Under the pieces are notes generated by a model. That model searched no databases and was not told the origin of the DNA. It saw nothing but the letters and a program-made list of their open reading frames with translations. This document shows positions 7,401 to 14,957 of a DNA stretch of 42,854 nucleotides, one piece after another. Numbering within the stretch: the first letter of the stretch is position 1; each line of letters opens with the position of its first letter. The stretch is from a virus: positions 1-42,854 of IMG/VR virus record IMGVR_UViG_3300017605_001089; one strand, written 5' to 3'. The translations under genes and the position numbers were made by a program.

Positions 7401-8232
7401 GGAGCGGGCCCGGGCGCTCGAGGCCTCGGCCGAGAAGCTCCGGGCGCAGGCGGGCGAGGCGGAGGGCGAGCGGGACCGGGCGCTGGCCGAACTGGCGGCC
7501 ATGCCGGCGCCGGACCTCGAGGCCTGCGCGGCGGCCACGGCGGCCGCCCGGGAGGCCGTCCGGACCGAGGCCGGGAACGAGGCCACGGCCCGGAAGGACC
7601 ACGAACTCCTGAGCGCGCGCCTCGCGCAGATGCGGGCCTCGCTCGAGCAGGCCGAGAAGGTGGCCGGTGAGATCGTGCGCACGAAGGCGGAGCACGCCGC
7701 GGCGGTGCGCGAAGTGGAACTGCTCGCCCTGTACGTTCGGGCGGTGGGCCGCGACGGCCTGCCGTTCCTCGTGCTCGAGCGCGCGGTGCCGGCGCTCGAG
7801 GCCCGGGCGAATCACTTCCTCGGCGAAGGCTCGGACCTCCGGGTCGCCATCGAGTCCGTCCGGGACTTGCAGAGCGGCGAGCAGCGGGCCGACGTGGTCG
7901 TCCGCTACCTGAACCGCTTCGGCGGCCACGAACTCGCGGCCGCTTCCGGCTTCGAGCGCGTGGCGCTCGGCTACGCGCTCCGGGCGGCGCTCTCGCAGGT
8001 TCAGGCCGAGGCGCACGGCGTCAAGGTGTCCCATTGGGTCGCCGACGAAGGATGGGGCGCCTTTGACGAGCGGAACCTGCTCCACGGCCAGCAGATGCTC
8101 CGCCGGCTGGCGGCGCAGTTCGAGCGCGTGTTCTTCGTGAGCCACGTCGGGGCGATCCGGGAAGTGGCCGAGACGCACCTTCGCGTCGTGCCGGACGCGG
8201 TGAACGGCTCGCGCCTTGAGACGCTCTCGTGA
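4450..8232 (+). CDS. Fused SbcD/Mre11-like metallophosphoesterase plus SbcC/Rad50-like coiled-coil ATPase (1260 aa)
   Basis: N-terminal phosphoesterase motifs: HFADLHLDD, GDL, GNHD, FHGTVEG, CGHIHRY. Walker A GENASGKS at 5863-5886. A coiled coil several hundred residues long (not measured). C-terminal SGFE signature, Walker B VADEG, and FFVSH. Confidence 0.85.
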   Translation: MRVLHFADLHLDDSTTPNSERAMEQLLEAAKRERPDLILNVGDLTMRRGHLAPWVAFRLRQFHDALAEIAPTIVVEGNHDLTYEEGRAGMLSGALRESGAAPGRLFVIERPEVVRIPGLRDVACLPYPSKLRLAAAREGSGLPTNEAVQAALLEIVRGLALASGPGAILAFHGTVEGAKAGTESIMATEIDALLKPSDIPAGFARVLCGHIHRYQTIPCADGLPLATYCGSPAPLSFSEENYAHGYILWTFPEDPALIEAETFVELEPAERLLTVDIREAGIARQEVDPLTLHGPFDSEGGIILTGEVSLITVDPRLEAFAAKCPGVLRTTGLAGVSVRVLATVGRNEEGARVRELLEKAARDAGAAKVRVVLERLSDDLTVPLSERVKLEGDLNALLDVWAARVPEVAANLEALKAKAAGLESLLPFEAHSSTNAAEYRLLSLEVSNWKSFRAAPTRVELADCGSLVAVEGENASGKSNLMEAEAFALWGRTLRGRQTLSELVRKGEDRANVTAEFVSDGERWKVSRSIRIRKGGVGVAELSLAKLHNPVNEFGNMSPFGEWKPADKGTATETQAFLELLVGPLDLYLATRYASQGDVDRLLSLSPAELKTLLQRALNIGAFEAREAIGREKLGEADVLVTRLFGKLGGLEAVAGDPEALRADVAGVEATAELARIGLENCARTHAALREAQAVAQQEETRLMGVAAQVKAINLRCRTADERASDLRLRAAGEARRAASERGPVDDAAEAEKLRAGLVDFDATIKARDDARVEHASLVALCNQAKHGLAEQVAALDRKRTEAAARLALARAQEGSEIRIGAAKLEKLKADVATIRTLAKAQVDAAKESAALLGRVPFGEKCAEAGCAFVAGAVKARDTLEALEASMNGKVVEAEQRLAEGQAAHRDALFEASEKVRVALDATLPAASEMEARGVDRCSLVMREATEAARSSATVVLELEDRTKAMEVLRDALRSLEAAGAAREERARALEASAEKLRAQAGEAEGERDRALAELAAMPAPDLEACAAATAAAREAVRTEAGNEATARKDHELLSARLAQMRASLEQAEKVAGEIVRTKAEHAAAVREVELLALYVRAVGRDGLPFLVLERAVPALEARANHFLGEGSDLRVAIESVRDLQSGEQRADVVVRYLNRFGGHELAAASGFERVALGYALRAALSQVQAEAHGVKVSHWVADEGWGAFDERNLLHGQQMLRRLAAQFERVFFVSHVGAIREVAETHLRVVPDAVNGSRLETLS

Positions 8233-8738
8233 AGGCGCTCGCGCCTCAGGACGCCGGCCGGCTCCCGTTCTCGAACGAGACGACCTCGCTCGAGGCGGCG
8301 ATGGACCCGCGCGCGCGCGCCGGCGCCGCGAGTCAGATCGTCAGGATTCGGGCGCTCATGCTCGCGCGTGGGCACTATGGCCTGACGCACGAGGAGATCG
8401 CGAACGCAACCCGTATCGGCATCCGGCAGGTCTCGACGCGCGTCCGGCGGCTCGTGCTCGAGGGCCTCGCGCGCGATACCGGCCGCACGCGGACCGGAAC
8501 GTCCGGAAGAGCGGCGCGAGTGTGGGAGCCGTTCGACGGGCCGCCGCTCACGAAGGAGAAGCAAACGCACGGCAGGATCGCCGCGGCCGTGCGCGAGACG
8601 TGGAGGAAGGCGGCGGCAATGACGCGAGAGAAGGTCTTCGGCGAATCGGTCGAGAGCTTCACGGTCCTGACCGGGCTCGCCGAGGCGTTCGAGGCGAAAG
8701 CGAAGCATCTCACGGAGGGAGGCACGGATGGCGAGTGA
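8229..8738 (+). CDS. Winged-helix-like DNA-binding protein (putative)
   Basis: GTGA overlap start. The GLTHEEIANATRIGIRQVSTRVRRLVLEGL segment resembles a MarR-like wHTH. Confidence 0.55.
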   Translation: MKALAPQDAGRLPFSNETTSLEAAMDPRARAGAASQIVRIRALMLARGHYGLTHEEIANATRIGIRQVSTRVRRLVLEGLARDTGRTRTGTSGRAARVWEPFDGPPLTKEKQTHGRIAAAVRETWRKAAAMTREKVFGESVESFTVLTGLAEAFEAKAKHLTEGGTDGE

Positions 8739-9264
8739 GGCGAAGTCGGCGCTCGAAGCGTGGGAACGTTCGGTCGAGCAGGTGAAGCTCGCGACGGGCG
8801 CGCTTCAGGCGGCCCTGAAGCTCATGGAGGCGGCGAGCACCACCGTCGTTCACGACGCATGGGATACCGTGTGCAGCGCGCGGGCGGCGCTGCGCTCGGC
8901 GGTGGCCGAGGAGGGCACGCGCTTCTCGGTGATCGAAGACCACAAGCGGCAGACCACGATGGACCTCGACGGGAAGGAGCGCGAGCAGGCGGCCGGCCGC
9001 GGCGCGGTGCGCGGTGAAGGCCGCGTCCATCCTCAGGAGCCGCTGAAGCTGCTCCCGCCCGGGGCGCCGGCTACGGCGGCCGAGGAGGAACTCGAGGATC
9101 CCGACAAGATCGTGGACGACGACGAGGACGACGAAGCGGCCGGCGAAGGTGAAGGCGCGCCGGCCGGCGAGGCTGCACCCGAAGACGCCGGCGAGGGAGA
9201 GCCGGACGAAGAAGAGGCCGGCGACGAACCCGCGGAAGCGGAAGGGGAGGACGAGAAGGAATGA
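8728..9264 (+). CDS. Hypothetical protein with a poly-acidic C-terminal tail of about 70 residues
   Basis: ATG after GGAGGGAGG. The C-terminus is nearly all D/E/G/A/P. Confidence 0.7.
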   Translation: MASEAKSALEAWERSVEQVKLATGALQAALKLMEAASTTVVHDAWDTVCSARAALRSAVAEEGTRFSVIEDHKRQTTMDLDGKEREQAAGRGAVRGEGRVHPQEPLKLLPPGAPATAAEEELEDPDKIVDDDEDDEAAGEGEGAPAGEAAPEDAGEGEPDEEEAGDEPAEAEGEDEKE

Positions 9265-9443
9265 TCTCGCTCGGGCAGAAGGTGAAGATGAAGACGACCG
9301 GCATCGCCGGCGTCGTTGCGGCGCGCGCGGAGTACCTGCACGGCACGCCGCGCATCGTGGTCGAGTACGCCACGACGAACGGGAAGCACACGGCCGAGTG
9401 GCTCAATGAGGAAGAAGTCGTTCCGGTCGAGGCGGAGGGCTAG
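9261..9443 (+). CDS. Small hypothetical protein (60 aa)
   Basis: ATGA overlap, good composition. Confidence 0.6.
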   Translation: MISLGQKVKMKTTGIAGVVAARAEYLHGTPRIVVEYATTNGKHTAEWLNEEEVVPVEAEG

Positions 9444-9447
9444 AGGC

Positions 9448-9984
9448 ATGACGCTCGCGGCCGTGTTCTTCGCCCTGATCTTCCACGCGCCCGGTGATAG
9501 CGTGGCGGGCGTGGGCGTGGAGCCGGTCGCGAGCTACCAAGCGGAACGTAGAGTGCCCGGGGGCGCATGGGCTCCGGCAACGCTCTACGGCGGCCCCTCG
9601 GTGGCGTCCGGGCCGGCAGTCCCGAACGCTCCGGGGGCGCCCGACTCCGCGTGGGCGTCGCTCTCGAACGCGCCGGCCGCGTGGCTCGCCGGCGGCGAGG
9701 AGTACCGCCTGCGCTCCGTGGACCGCGCCGGCAACCGCTCAAGCTGGTCGAACTTCGTCGTCGTGGTGGCCGGGCCCGACACGGTCTGGACTATCGCCGG
9801 CGTGAAGGCGTTCGACCGGTGGGCGAAGGTGGGAACGTTCGCAGGCTGGAAGCGCGACACCGGGGACACGCTCCCGGGCGCTCGCGCCGTTCACTTCGAG
9901 GAAGTCCAACGCGCGCACCGTGCGACGCTCTGCGGGATCTTCGGATTCTGGGCGCTGCGCGGCCTGCGCGAACCGTGTCCATAG
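9448..9984 (+). CDS. Hypothetical protein with a hydrophobic N-terminus (possible exported protein)
   Basis: ATG after [20 protein letters not shown] leader. The [16 protein letters not shown] motif resembles Ig/FN3-like surface domains. Confidence 0.55.
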   Translation: MTLAAVFFALIFHAPGDSVAGVGVEPVASYQAERRVPGGAWAPATLYGGPSVASGPAVPNAPGAPDSAWASLSNAPAAWLAGGEEYRLRSVDRAGNRSSWSNFVVVVAGPDTVWTIAGVKAFDRWAKVGTFAGWKRDTGDTLPGARAVHFEEVQRAHRATLCGIFGFWALRGLREPCP

Positions 9985-9992
9985 GAGGACCG

Positions 9993-10208
9993 ATGCTTGT
10001 GCTCACCCGACGGATCGGGGAAACGATCACGATTGGCGACGACATTCGGATTACCGTGCTCGAGATTCGCAGCGGGCAGGTGAAGGTCGGGCTCGAGGCG
10101 CCACGCGACCGGCGCATCGTGCGCGAGGAACTGCTCTCGAGCGAAGAGGCGGCCGCCCCGCGCGCCGCGGCGAAGCGCGGCCACGCGCGCTCCGAGTTCA
10201 CGCCTTGA
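9993..10208 (+). CDS. csrA: CsrA/RsmA-family RNA-binding translational regulator
   Basis: [47 protein letters not shown] aligns residue for residue with E. coli CsrA ([47 protein letters not shown]). The L4 and R44 equivalents are kept. AGGAGG lies 4 nt upstream. Confidence 0.9.
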   Translation: MLVLTRRIGETITIGDDIRITVLEIRSGQVKVGLEAPRDRRIVREELLSSEEAAAPRAAAKRGHARSEFTP

Positions 10209-11419
10209 GCGACTCCTACCGGATCGCGAAGGAGCTTGAGCCGTTCGCGCGCGACCTCGGCACGCTGACGCTCGACCCGGAGAACGCGCGCGAGCACGAC
10301 GACGCGAACCTGCTCGACATAGCGAACTCGCTCAAGACTTACGGCCAGCAGAAGCCGGTCGTCGTGAACTCGGCCGGGAAGATCGTCGCCGGCAACGGCA
10401 CGGTTCGCGCCGCGCTCTCGCTCGGCTGGACGAAGCTCGCGTGCGTGACGTTCGACGGCAAGCTCGAGGACGAGGAAGGCTTCGCCATCGCCGACAACCG
10501 CTCGGCCGAGCGCGCAACGTGGAACGAAGCGAGGCTCGGACCCGTGTTCGAGCGCTACCGGGCGGCCGGCCTGAACCTCAGGGAGCGGCTCGGCTTCAAA
10601 GAGAACGAGGCGCAGAGCATCCTCGTGCGGCTCGGCCGTGGGCAGGTGAAGGAGGACGCCGGCGCCACGAGCGCGGAGGCCGAGCGCTTCCGCGTTCAGG
10701 CCGGCGACCTCTGGCTCCTCGGCGACCATCGCCTGCTCTGCGGGGACATGACGGACGAGGCCACGCTCGCGCGGCTCATGGGCGAGGAGCGGGGCGACCT
10801 CGTGTTCACCGACCCGCCCTACGGCGTGAACGTGACGGGCGCCGGCGGCTCGGCGCTGCACGGGGATATCTCCTTTACGCTGATCCCGCTGCTCTTCGCG
10901 AAGCTGGACGAGTACGCGAAGCCGAAGGCGTGGCTCTACCTCTGCGGCGGGCAGTCGAACATGCTGCTCTACTCGAAGCTCTTCGAGCAATACTTCCGCG
11001 ACCTGCCGCGCGTGATCGTGTGGCACAAGTCCGGGCCGCCGGTGCTCCGCCGCGTGGGCTACCACTCGAGCTTCGAGCTTATCTACTACGGCTTCCGTGC
11101 CGGCTCCGGGGACCATTGGTTCGGCGGCCGCGGCGCCGAGGAATGCTCGGACGTTTGGTCGATCCCGACCGAGCGCGGCGGCGAGAGGTTTCACCCGACG
11201 CAGAAGCCGGTCGAAGTGCCGGCGCGCGCGATCACGAACTCGTGCTCGCCCGGCGGGATCGTGGTCGACCCGTTCGCCGGCTCGGGCTCGACGCTGATCG
11301 CGGCCGAGCAGCGCAACCGCCGGTGCTACGCGATGGAACTGGACCCGAACTACTGCTCGCGAATCGTCGCGCGGTGGGCAAAGTTCACGGGAGGAACCCC
11401 GAGCCGTGCCGGGGCCTGA
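10205..11419 (+). CDS. ParB-like nuclease domain fused to an N6/N4 DNA methyltransferase (DPPY type)
   Basis: The only start available is TTG, in a TTGA overlap with the csrA stop. ParB N-terminal pattern ([10 protein letters not shown]..., GNGTVRAA). Then [18 protein letters not shown] and DPFAGSGST motifs. Confidence 0.8.
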   Translation: MSDSYRIAKELEPFARDLGTLTLDPENAREHDDANLLDIANSLKTYGQQKPVVVNSAGKIVAGNGTVRAALSLGWTKLACVTFDGKLEDEEGFAIADNRSAERATWNEARLGPVFERYRAAGLNLRERLGFKENEAQSILVRLGRGQVKEDAGATSAEAERFRVQAGDLWLLGDHRLLCGDMTDEATLARLMGEERGDLVFTDPPYGVNVTGAGGSALHGDISFTLIPLLFAKLDEYAKPKAWLYLCGGQSNMLLYSKLFEQYFRDLPRVIVWHKSGPPVLRRVGYHSSFELIYYGFRAGSGDHWFGGRGAEECSDVWSIPTERGGERFHPTQKPVEVPARAITNSCSPGGIVVDPFAGSGSTLIAAEQRNRRCYAMELDPNYCSRIVARWAKFTGGTPSRAGA

Positions 11420-11732
11420 AGGCGACAACCTCGAGCGCTTCCTGTTCCTCGTGGAAGGCATGGACGCGGCGAGCTACCGGCGCCTCGTCTCGCTCTGGGC
11501 GGTGGCGGCGCAGGCGAGCAGCACGAAGAGGCTCGAGCGGTGGGCGCAAGTCTCCGGCCTGCCGCTATCGGAGATCCGCCGGCTCTCGGTCCCGCTGCTC
11601 GCCGGCGGGATCTGCAAGCCGGACGGCACAGTCGAGGAGCAGGCGCGGCAGATCGTTCGCGGCGGGTTCGTCGCGGCGCTCGAGGCGCTCGAGGCGAGCA
11701 AGCCGAAGGGGAGGAAGTCCAGTGGGACGTGA
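11406..11732 (+). CDS. Hypothetical protein
   Basis: GTG start 10 nt after GGAGGA. Alternative ATG at 11460. Confidence 0.5.
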   Translation: MPGPEGDNLERFLFLVEGMDAASYRRLVSLWAVAAQASSTKRLERWAQVSGLPLSEIRRLSVPLLAGGICKPDGTVEEQARQIVRGGFVAALEALEASKPKGRKSSGT

Positions 11733-11919
11733 GAAGGTGGTGCGCTCGGCGGTGAAGTTCGAGAAGCAGAAGCTCGAGGACGTGGACGCGGCCATCGAGC
11801 GGACGCTCCCGATGCGGGCGCCCGGCGTGAGCCACGCGCGCATCCGGATCTTCGTCAACATGACGCATTCCGACTGGCTCGTGCTCTGCGGCGCGGCCGT
11901 GGAGGGCCTGAAGAAATAG
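11722..11919 (+). CDS. Small hypothetical protein (65 aa)
   Basis: GTG start about 7 nt after GGGGAGG. The rest of listed ORF 10441..11919 is shadow sequence. Confidence 0.5.
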   Translation: MGREKVVRSAVKFEKQKLEDVDAAIERTLPMRAPGVSHARIRIFVNMTHSDWLVLCGAAVEGLKK

Positions 11920-11923
11920 GACG

Positions 11924-11952
11924 TTGACACCGGCCGCGGACGGAGCAATGTT
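11924..11952 (+). promoter_or_regulatory. Putative sigma70-like promoter TTGACA-N17-AATGTT
   Basis: Perfect -35 hexamer at 11924-11929 and a weak -10 at 11947-11952. It heads a non-coding stretch of about 170 nt. Confidence 0.4.
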
Positions 11953-12122
11953 CGTGGCCTGCGCGGAAGAGGCGCAACGGCGAGCCCAACGAAGAGAAAT
12001 GCCGCAGCGGGCCCGCGCCGAGATCTTGAGAAGGTTCGCGACGGACCGCGACACGCTTTCGCCGGCGTGCTCTTCCCTTCTCGACTCGGCCGGGCTCCAT
12101 GCGGCGTCACGGAGGAAGAGCA

Positions 12123-12524
12123 ATGGCGAACGGCACGCACGGGAAACACGTTGAGACCTCGCGCGACATGATCGTCCCGAACGGCGCGCACCCGGCGACC
12201 GTGGTGGCGGCCCACGCGAAGTTCGCGGCGCTGAGCACGGAGGAGCGGCAGGAGGTCGTCCGCTCCATGTTCAAGCCCGGCGCGCACGCGAAGCGCTTGC
12301 GCGAGTTCGCGGAGTGGCTCGAGAAGCTCGAGGCCGGGAACTACCGGCGCCCGGACCTCGCGACGATGGACCTCCTCGAGAGCCTCTACGGCCGCGTCGG
12401 CATCATGGCGTCGGACGCCGCGGAGGCGTTCGGCCTGCGCGGCGAGGTCGAGGCGTACTGGAAGAGCGTCGATGAAGCGAGCCCGGGCACGGCCGCCCCC
12501 GAGGCGACCGGCCCGGGAGCCTGA
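12123..12524 (+). CDS. Hypothetical protein
   Basis: ATG after GGAGGAAGAG. Confidence 0.7.
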   Translation: MANGTHGKHVETSRDMIVPNGAHPATVVAAHAKFAALSTEERQEVVRSMFKPGAHAKRLREFAEWLEKLEAGNYRRPDLATMDLLESLYGRVGIMASDAAEAFGLRGEVEAYWKSVDEASPGTAAPEATGPGA

Positions 12525-12525
12525 C

Positions 12526-13338
12526 ATGGCTCGCGAGGACCGCCCTCCGGCGTTCCTCTTCGAGCCGGCCCGCTTCCTGAACGACGAAGCCGTGCAGGGC
12601 ATGGACCCGTCCGAGCTTGGCGCCTACGCCGCGCTCTTCTGCGCGTGCTGGTCGCAGCCGGAGGTCGGCGTGCTTCCGGACGACGACCGCATCCTGAGCT
12701 TCCTCGCCCGGTGCTCGCCGGAGGAGTGGGCCGCCTACTCGCCGGCGGTCCGCCGCGCCTTCAAGCCCGGCACCCGGGACGGCCGGCCCGTGCTGATCCA
12801 AGCCGGGCTCGTGGCAACCGCTCGAGCTACCGCGCGCCGCTTCGCTGAGCGCTCGAAGGCGGGGCGAGAAGCCGCTAACGCACGATGGCAGAGCGGACAA
12901 GATGCGCCCGGCAATGCGGACGCAATGCAAGTGAAGTGTAGTGTAGTGAAGGGTAGAGAAGTTCAGAATCCTAACCCCTCGCTCGCGCTCGGGCTCGAAG
13001 GTGACGGGAACCCCGTCGCGTTCACGTCCGACGCCTCGTGGGCAACGCTCTGGGATTCCTTCTGGGCGGCGTGGCCGTCTGGCATCCGTGGGAAGCCCGG
13101 GAAGGCCGAGGCCCGGGAGATCTGGGGCCGGCTGAAGCCGAAGGGCCGGCCGCTCTTCGACCTGATCATGGCCGGGCTCGAGCGCTGGAAGTCCTCGAGC
13201 GAGTGGCAGAAGAACGGCGGAGAGTTCATCCCAGACGCGAAGAAGTGGCTCAGGCGCCAGCGCTGGCAGGACGAAGTCGGTCCCGGCGCCACGGGCTCGA
13301 GCGCGCAGGCGTGGGCGAAGGAAGGGGACGGCGAATGA
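12526..13338 (+). CDS. DUF1376 (YdaU-like) replication-organiser-like protein
   Basis: N-terminus FLFEPARFLNDEAVQGMDPSELGAYAALFCACWSQPEVGVLPDDDRILSFLA fits the DUF1376 pattern. It has two domains joined by a low-GC linker. Confidence 0.6.
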   Translation: MAREDRPPAFLFEPARFLNDEAVQGMDPSELGAYAALFCACWSQPEVGVLPDDDRILSFLARCSPEEWAAYSPAVRRAFKPGTRDGRPVLIQAGLVATARATARRFAERSKAGREAANARWQSGQDAPGNADAMQVKCSVVKGREVQNPNPSLALGLEGDGNPVAFTSDASWATLWDSFWAAWPSGIRGKPGKAEAREIWGRLKPKGRPLFDLIMAGLERWKSSSEWQKNGGEFIPDAKKWLRRQRWQDEVGPGATGSSAQAWAKEGDGE

Positions 13339-13997
13339 ACAGGTCGGACTTCGCGAACGAGTTCAAGCGGCTGGCCGACGGCTACGGCGCGCCGGAGCTT
13401 CACCGGAACCGGCTCGAGGCTCTCTGGCTCGAGTTCCGGGCCCTGACCCTCGAGGGCCTGAAGGCCGGCGTCGACCTCGCGCTTCAGGGCGACCGCTACC
13501 CTTCCGCCGGCATCCTGCGGAAGTGCCTCGAGGACGGGCAGGACGTCGCGCGCCGGCGCGGCGCCTCGAGCGCGTCGGGCCCGCGGCCCCCGGGCGGGTT
13601 CGACGTGTTCGGGACGTGGAACCCGGACGCCTTCGGCGACAACGACCTGACACGGTTCGTCCGCTACCTGATCGCCCGCAAGCGCGAGGATCTCCTCACG
13701 CCGCGCGAGGCGGCGGAACTCATCCGGGCGCACCCGGAACTCGAGGCCCCGTTCCTCGCCGCTCTGGACTCGTGGTCGACCGCGGTGACCTACGCTTCAT
13801 GGCAGGGCGTCTACTTCGCGAACTCGGCGCAGGCGTCCGTCGTGTTCGCCGGCCAGTCCCGCCCGACGTGGCTCACCATGCCGGAGCGGTGGACGAAGGT
13901 CTGCGAGATGGCGGACTCGAGGAACTACGTTCCGGACCTGAGCCGGCACCGGTGGGACCGCGAGCGTCAGGCCCCGGCGCAGGAGCTTCCGCTTTGA
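13335..13997 (+). CDS. Hypothetical protein (replication-module neighbour)
   Basis: ATGA overlap start. Confidence 0.65.
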   Translation: MNRSDFANEFKRLADGYGAPELHRNRLEALWLEFRALTLEGLKAGVDLALQGDRYPSAGILRKCLEDGQDVARRRGASSASGPRPPGGFDVFGTWNPDAFGDNDLTRFVRYLIARKREDLLTPREAAELIRAHPELEAPFLAALDSWSTAVTYASWQGVYFANSAQASVVFAGQSRPTWLTMPERWTKVCEMADSRNYVPDLSRHRWDRERQAPAQELPL

Positions 13998-14626
13998 GCC
14001 TCCCGGCCCCGTACTACGACGCCGGCGGCGTCACGATCTACCACGGCGACGCGCTCGCGCTCCTGCCGCTGCTCGAGTGCGACGCCGTCCTGACCGACCC
14101 GCCCTACGGCATCGGCTACAAGCCGCTGCGCGGCTCGAACGGCTCGAAGCTCTGGGGCGCCGAGACCGTGCGCGGCGACGACGCGCCGTTCGACCCGGCT
14201 CCCGTGCTCGCGCTGGACGTGCCGTCGATCCTCTGGGGCGCGAATAACTACCGCTCGAACCTGCCGGACTCGGCCGGCTGGCTCGTGTGGGACAAGGTGC
14301 CGGACGGGATCCGGGACGGCTTCACCTACTCGCACGCTGAACTCGCGTGGACGAACCTCTTCGGCCGCGTCCTGAAGTACGCGGAGAACTGGCAGGGAAG
14401 CTCGCGCTCGGGCGAGGGCTTCCACCACCCCACGCAGAAGCCCGTCTCGCTCATGCGCTGGTGCCTCGAGCTTCTCCCGCCCGGGACCGCGCTCGACCCG
14501 TACTGCGGCTCGGGCTCCACGCTGGTCGCCGCGAAGGCCCTCGGCCGCCGAGCTATCGGCGTCGAGATCGAGGAGCGCTACTGCGAGGTCGCCGCGCGCC
14601 GGCTCGCTCAGGAGGTTCTCCTGTGA
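13994..14626 (+). CDS. N6/N4 DNA methyltransferase (DPPY type)
   Basis: TTG start in a TTGA overlap. VLTDPPYGI, FHHPTQKPVS and DPYCGSGST motifs. Confidence 0.8.
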   Translation: MSLPAPYYDAGGVTIYHGDALALLPLLECDAVLTDPPYGIGYKPLRGSNGSKLWGAETVRGDDAPFDPAPVLALDVPSILWGANNYRSNLPDSAGWLVWDKVPDGIRDGFTYSHAELAWTNLFGRVLKYAENWQGSSRSGEGFHHPTQKPVSLMRWCLELLPPGTALDPYCGSGSTLVAAKALGRRAIGVEIEERYCEVAARRLAQEVLL

Positions 14627-14946
14627 ACCTCGAAGAACCGCCCAAGCCCGGGCCCGGATGGCGCACCGTATGGCTCTGCTACGGCGTGGAACCGAACCGG
14701 TTCGTCGCAATGGTCCCGCCGAGCTACCGGTTCCCGTTCGCGCTGGTCGTTCCCGTGGAGAGCCTCGAGGGCGACCCGGTGGACAATCGCGCAGCCGGCA
14801 TGCGTGGCGAACTGTGCAACCTCGAGGTCTTCATCCGGGACGACGAACTCACGGCGCTGCACGGACTACGCGAGAAGGTTTTCTACACGTTCGACCGGAT
14901 GGCTCGGCGAACCCTGACGCCGCGCGAGCGCGCGGACCTTCAGTGA
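14623..14946 (+). CDS. Hypothetical protein
   Basis: GTGA overlap start. Confidence 0.6.
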   Translation: MNLEEPPKPGPGWRTVWLCYGVEPNRFVAMVPPSYRFPFALVVPVESLEGDPVDNRAAGMRGELCNLEVFIRDDELTALHGLREKVFYTFDRMARRTLTPRERADLQ

Positions 14947-14957
14947 GGGAGGGAGAA

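Noticed and set aside
4834-8178. 1114-aa ORF on the minus strand antisense to the SbcCD fusion gene
   Set aside because: The translation is dominated by Arg/Leu/Gly/Pro/Ala runs with no recognisable motif. This is typical of shadow ORFs in very GC-rich DNA. The + strand frame carries clear nuclease and ATPase motifs.
11924-12154. 76-aa ORF filling the 200-nt gap before the gene at 12123
   Set aside because: It has Arg-rich shadow-like composition and no SD, and it overlaps the SD-linked ATG at 12123. The region is better explained as a structured leader.
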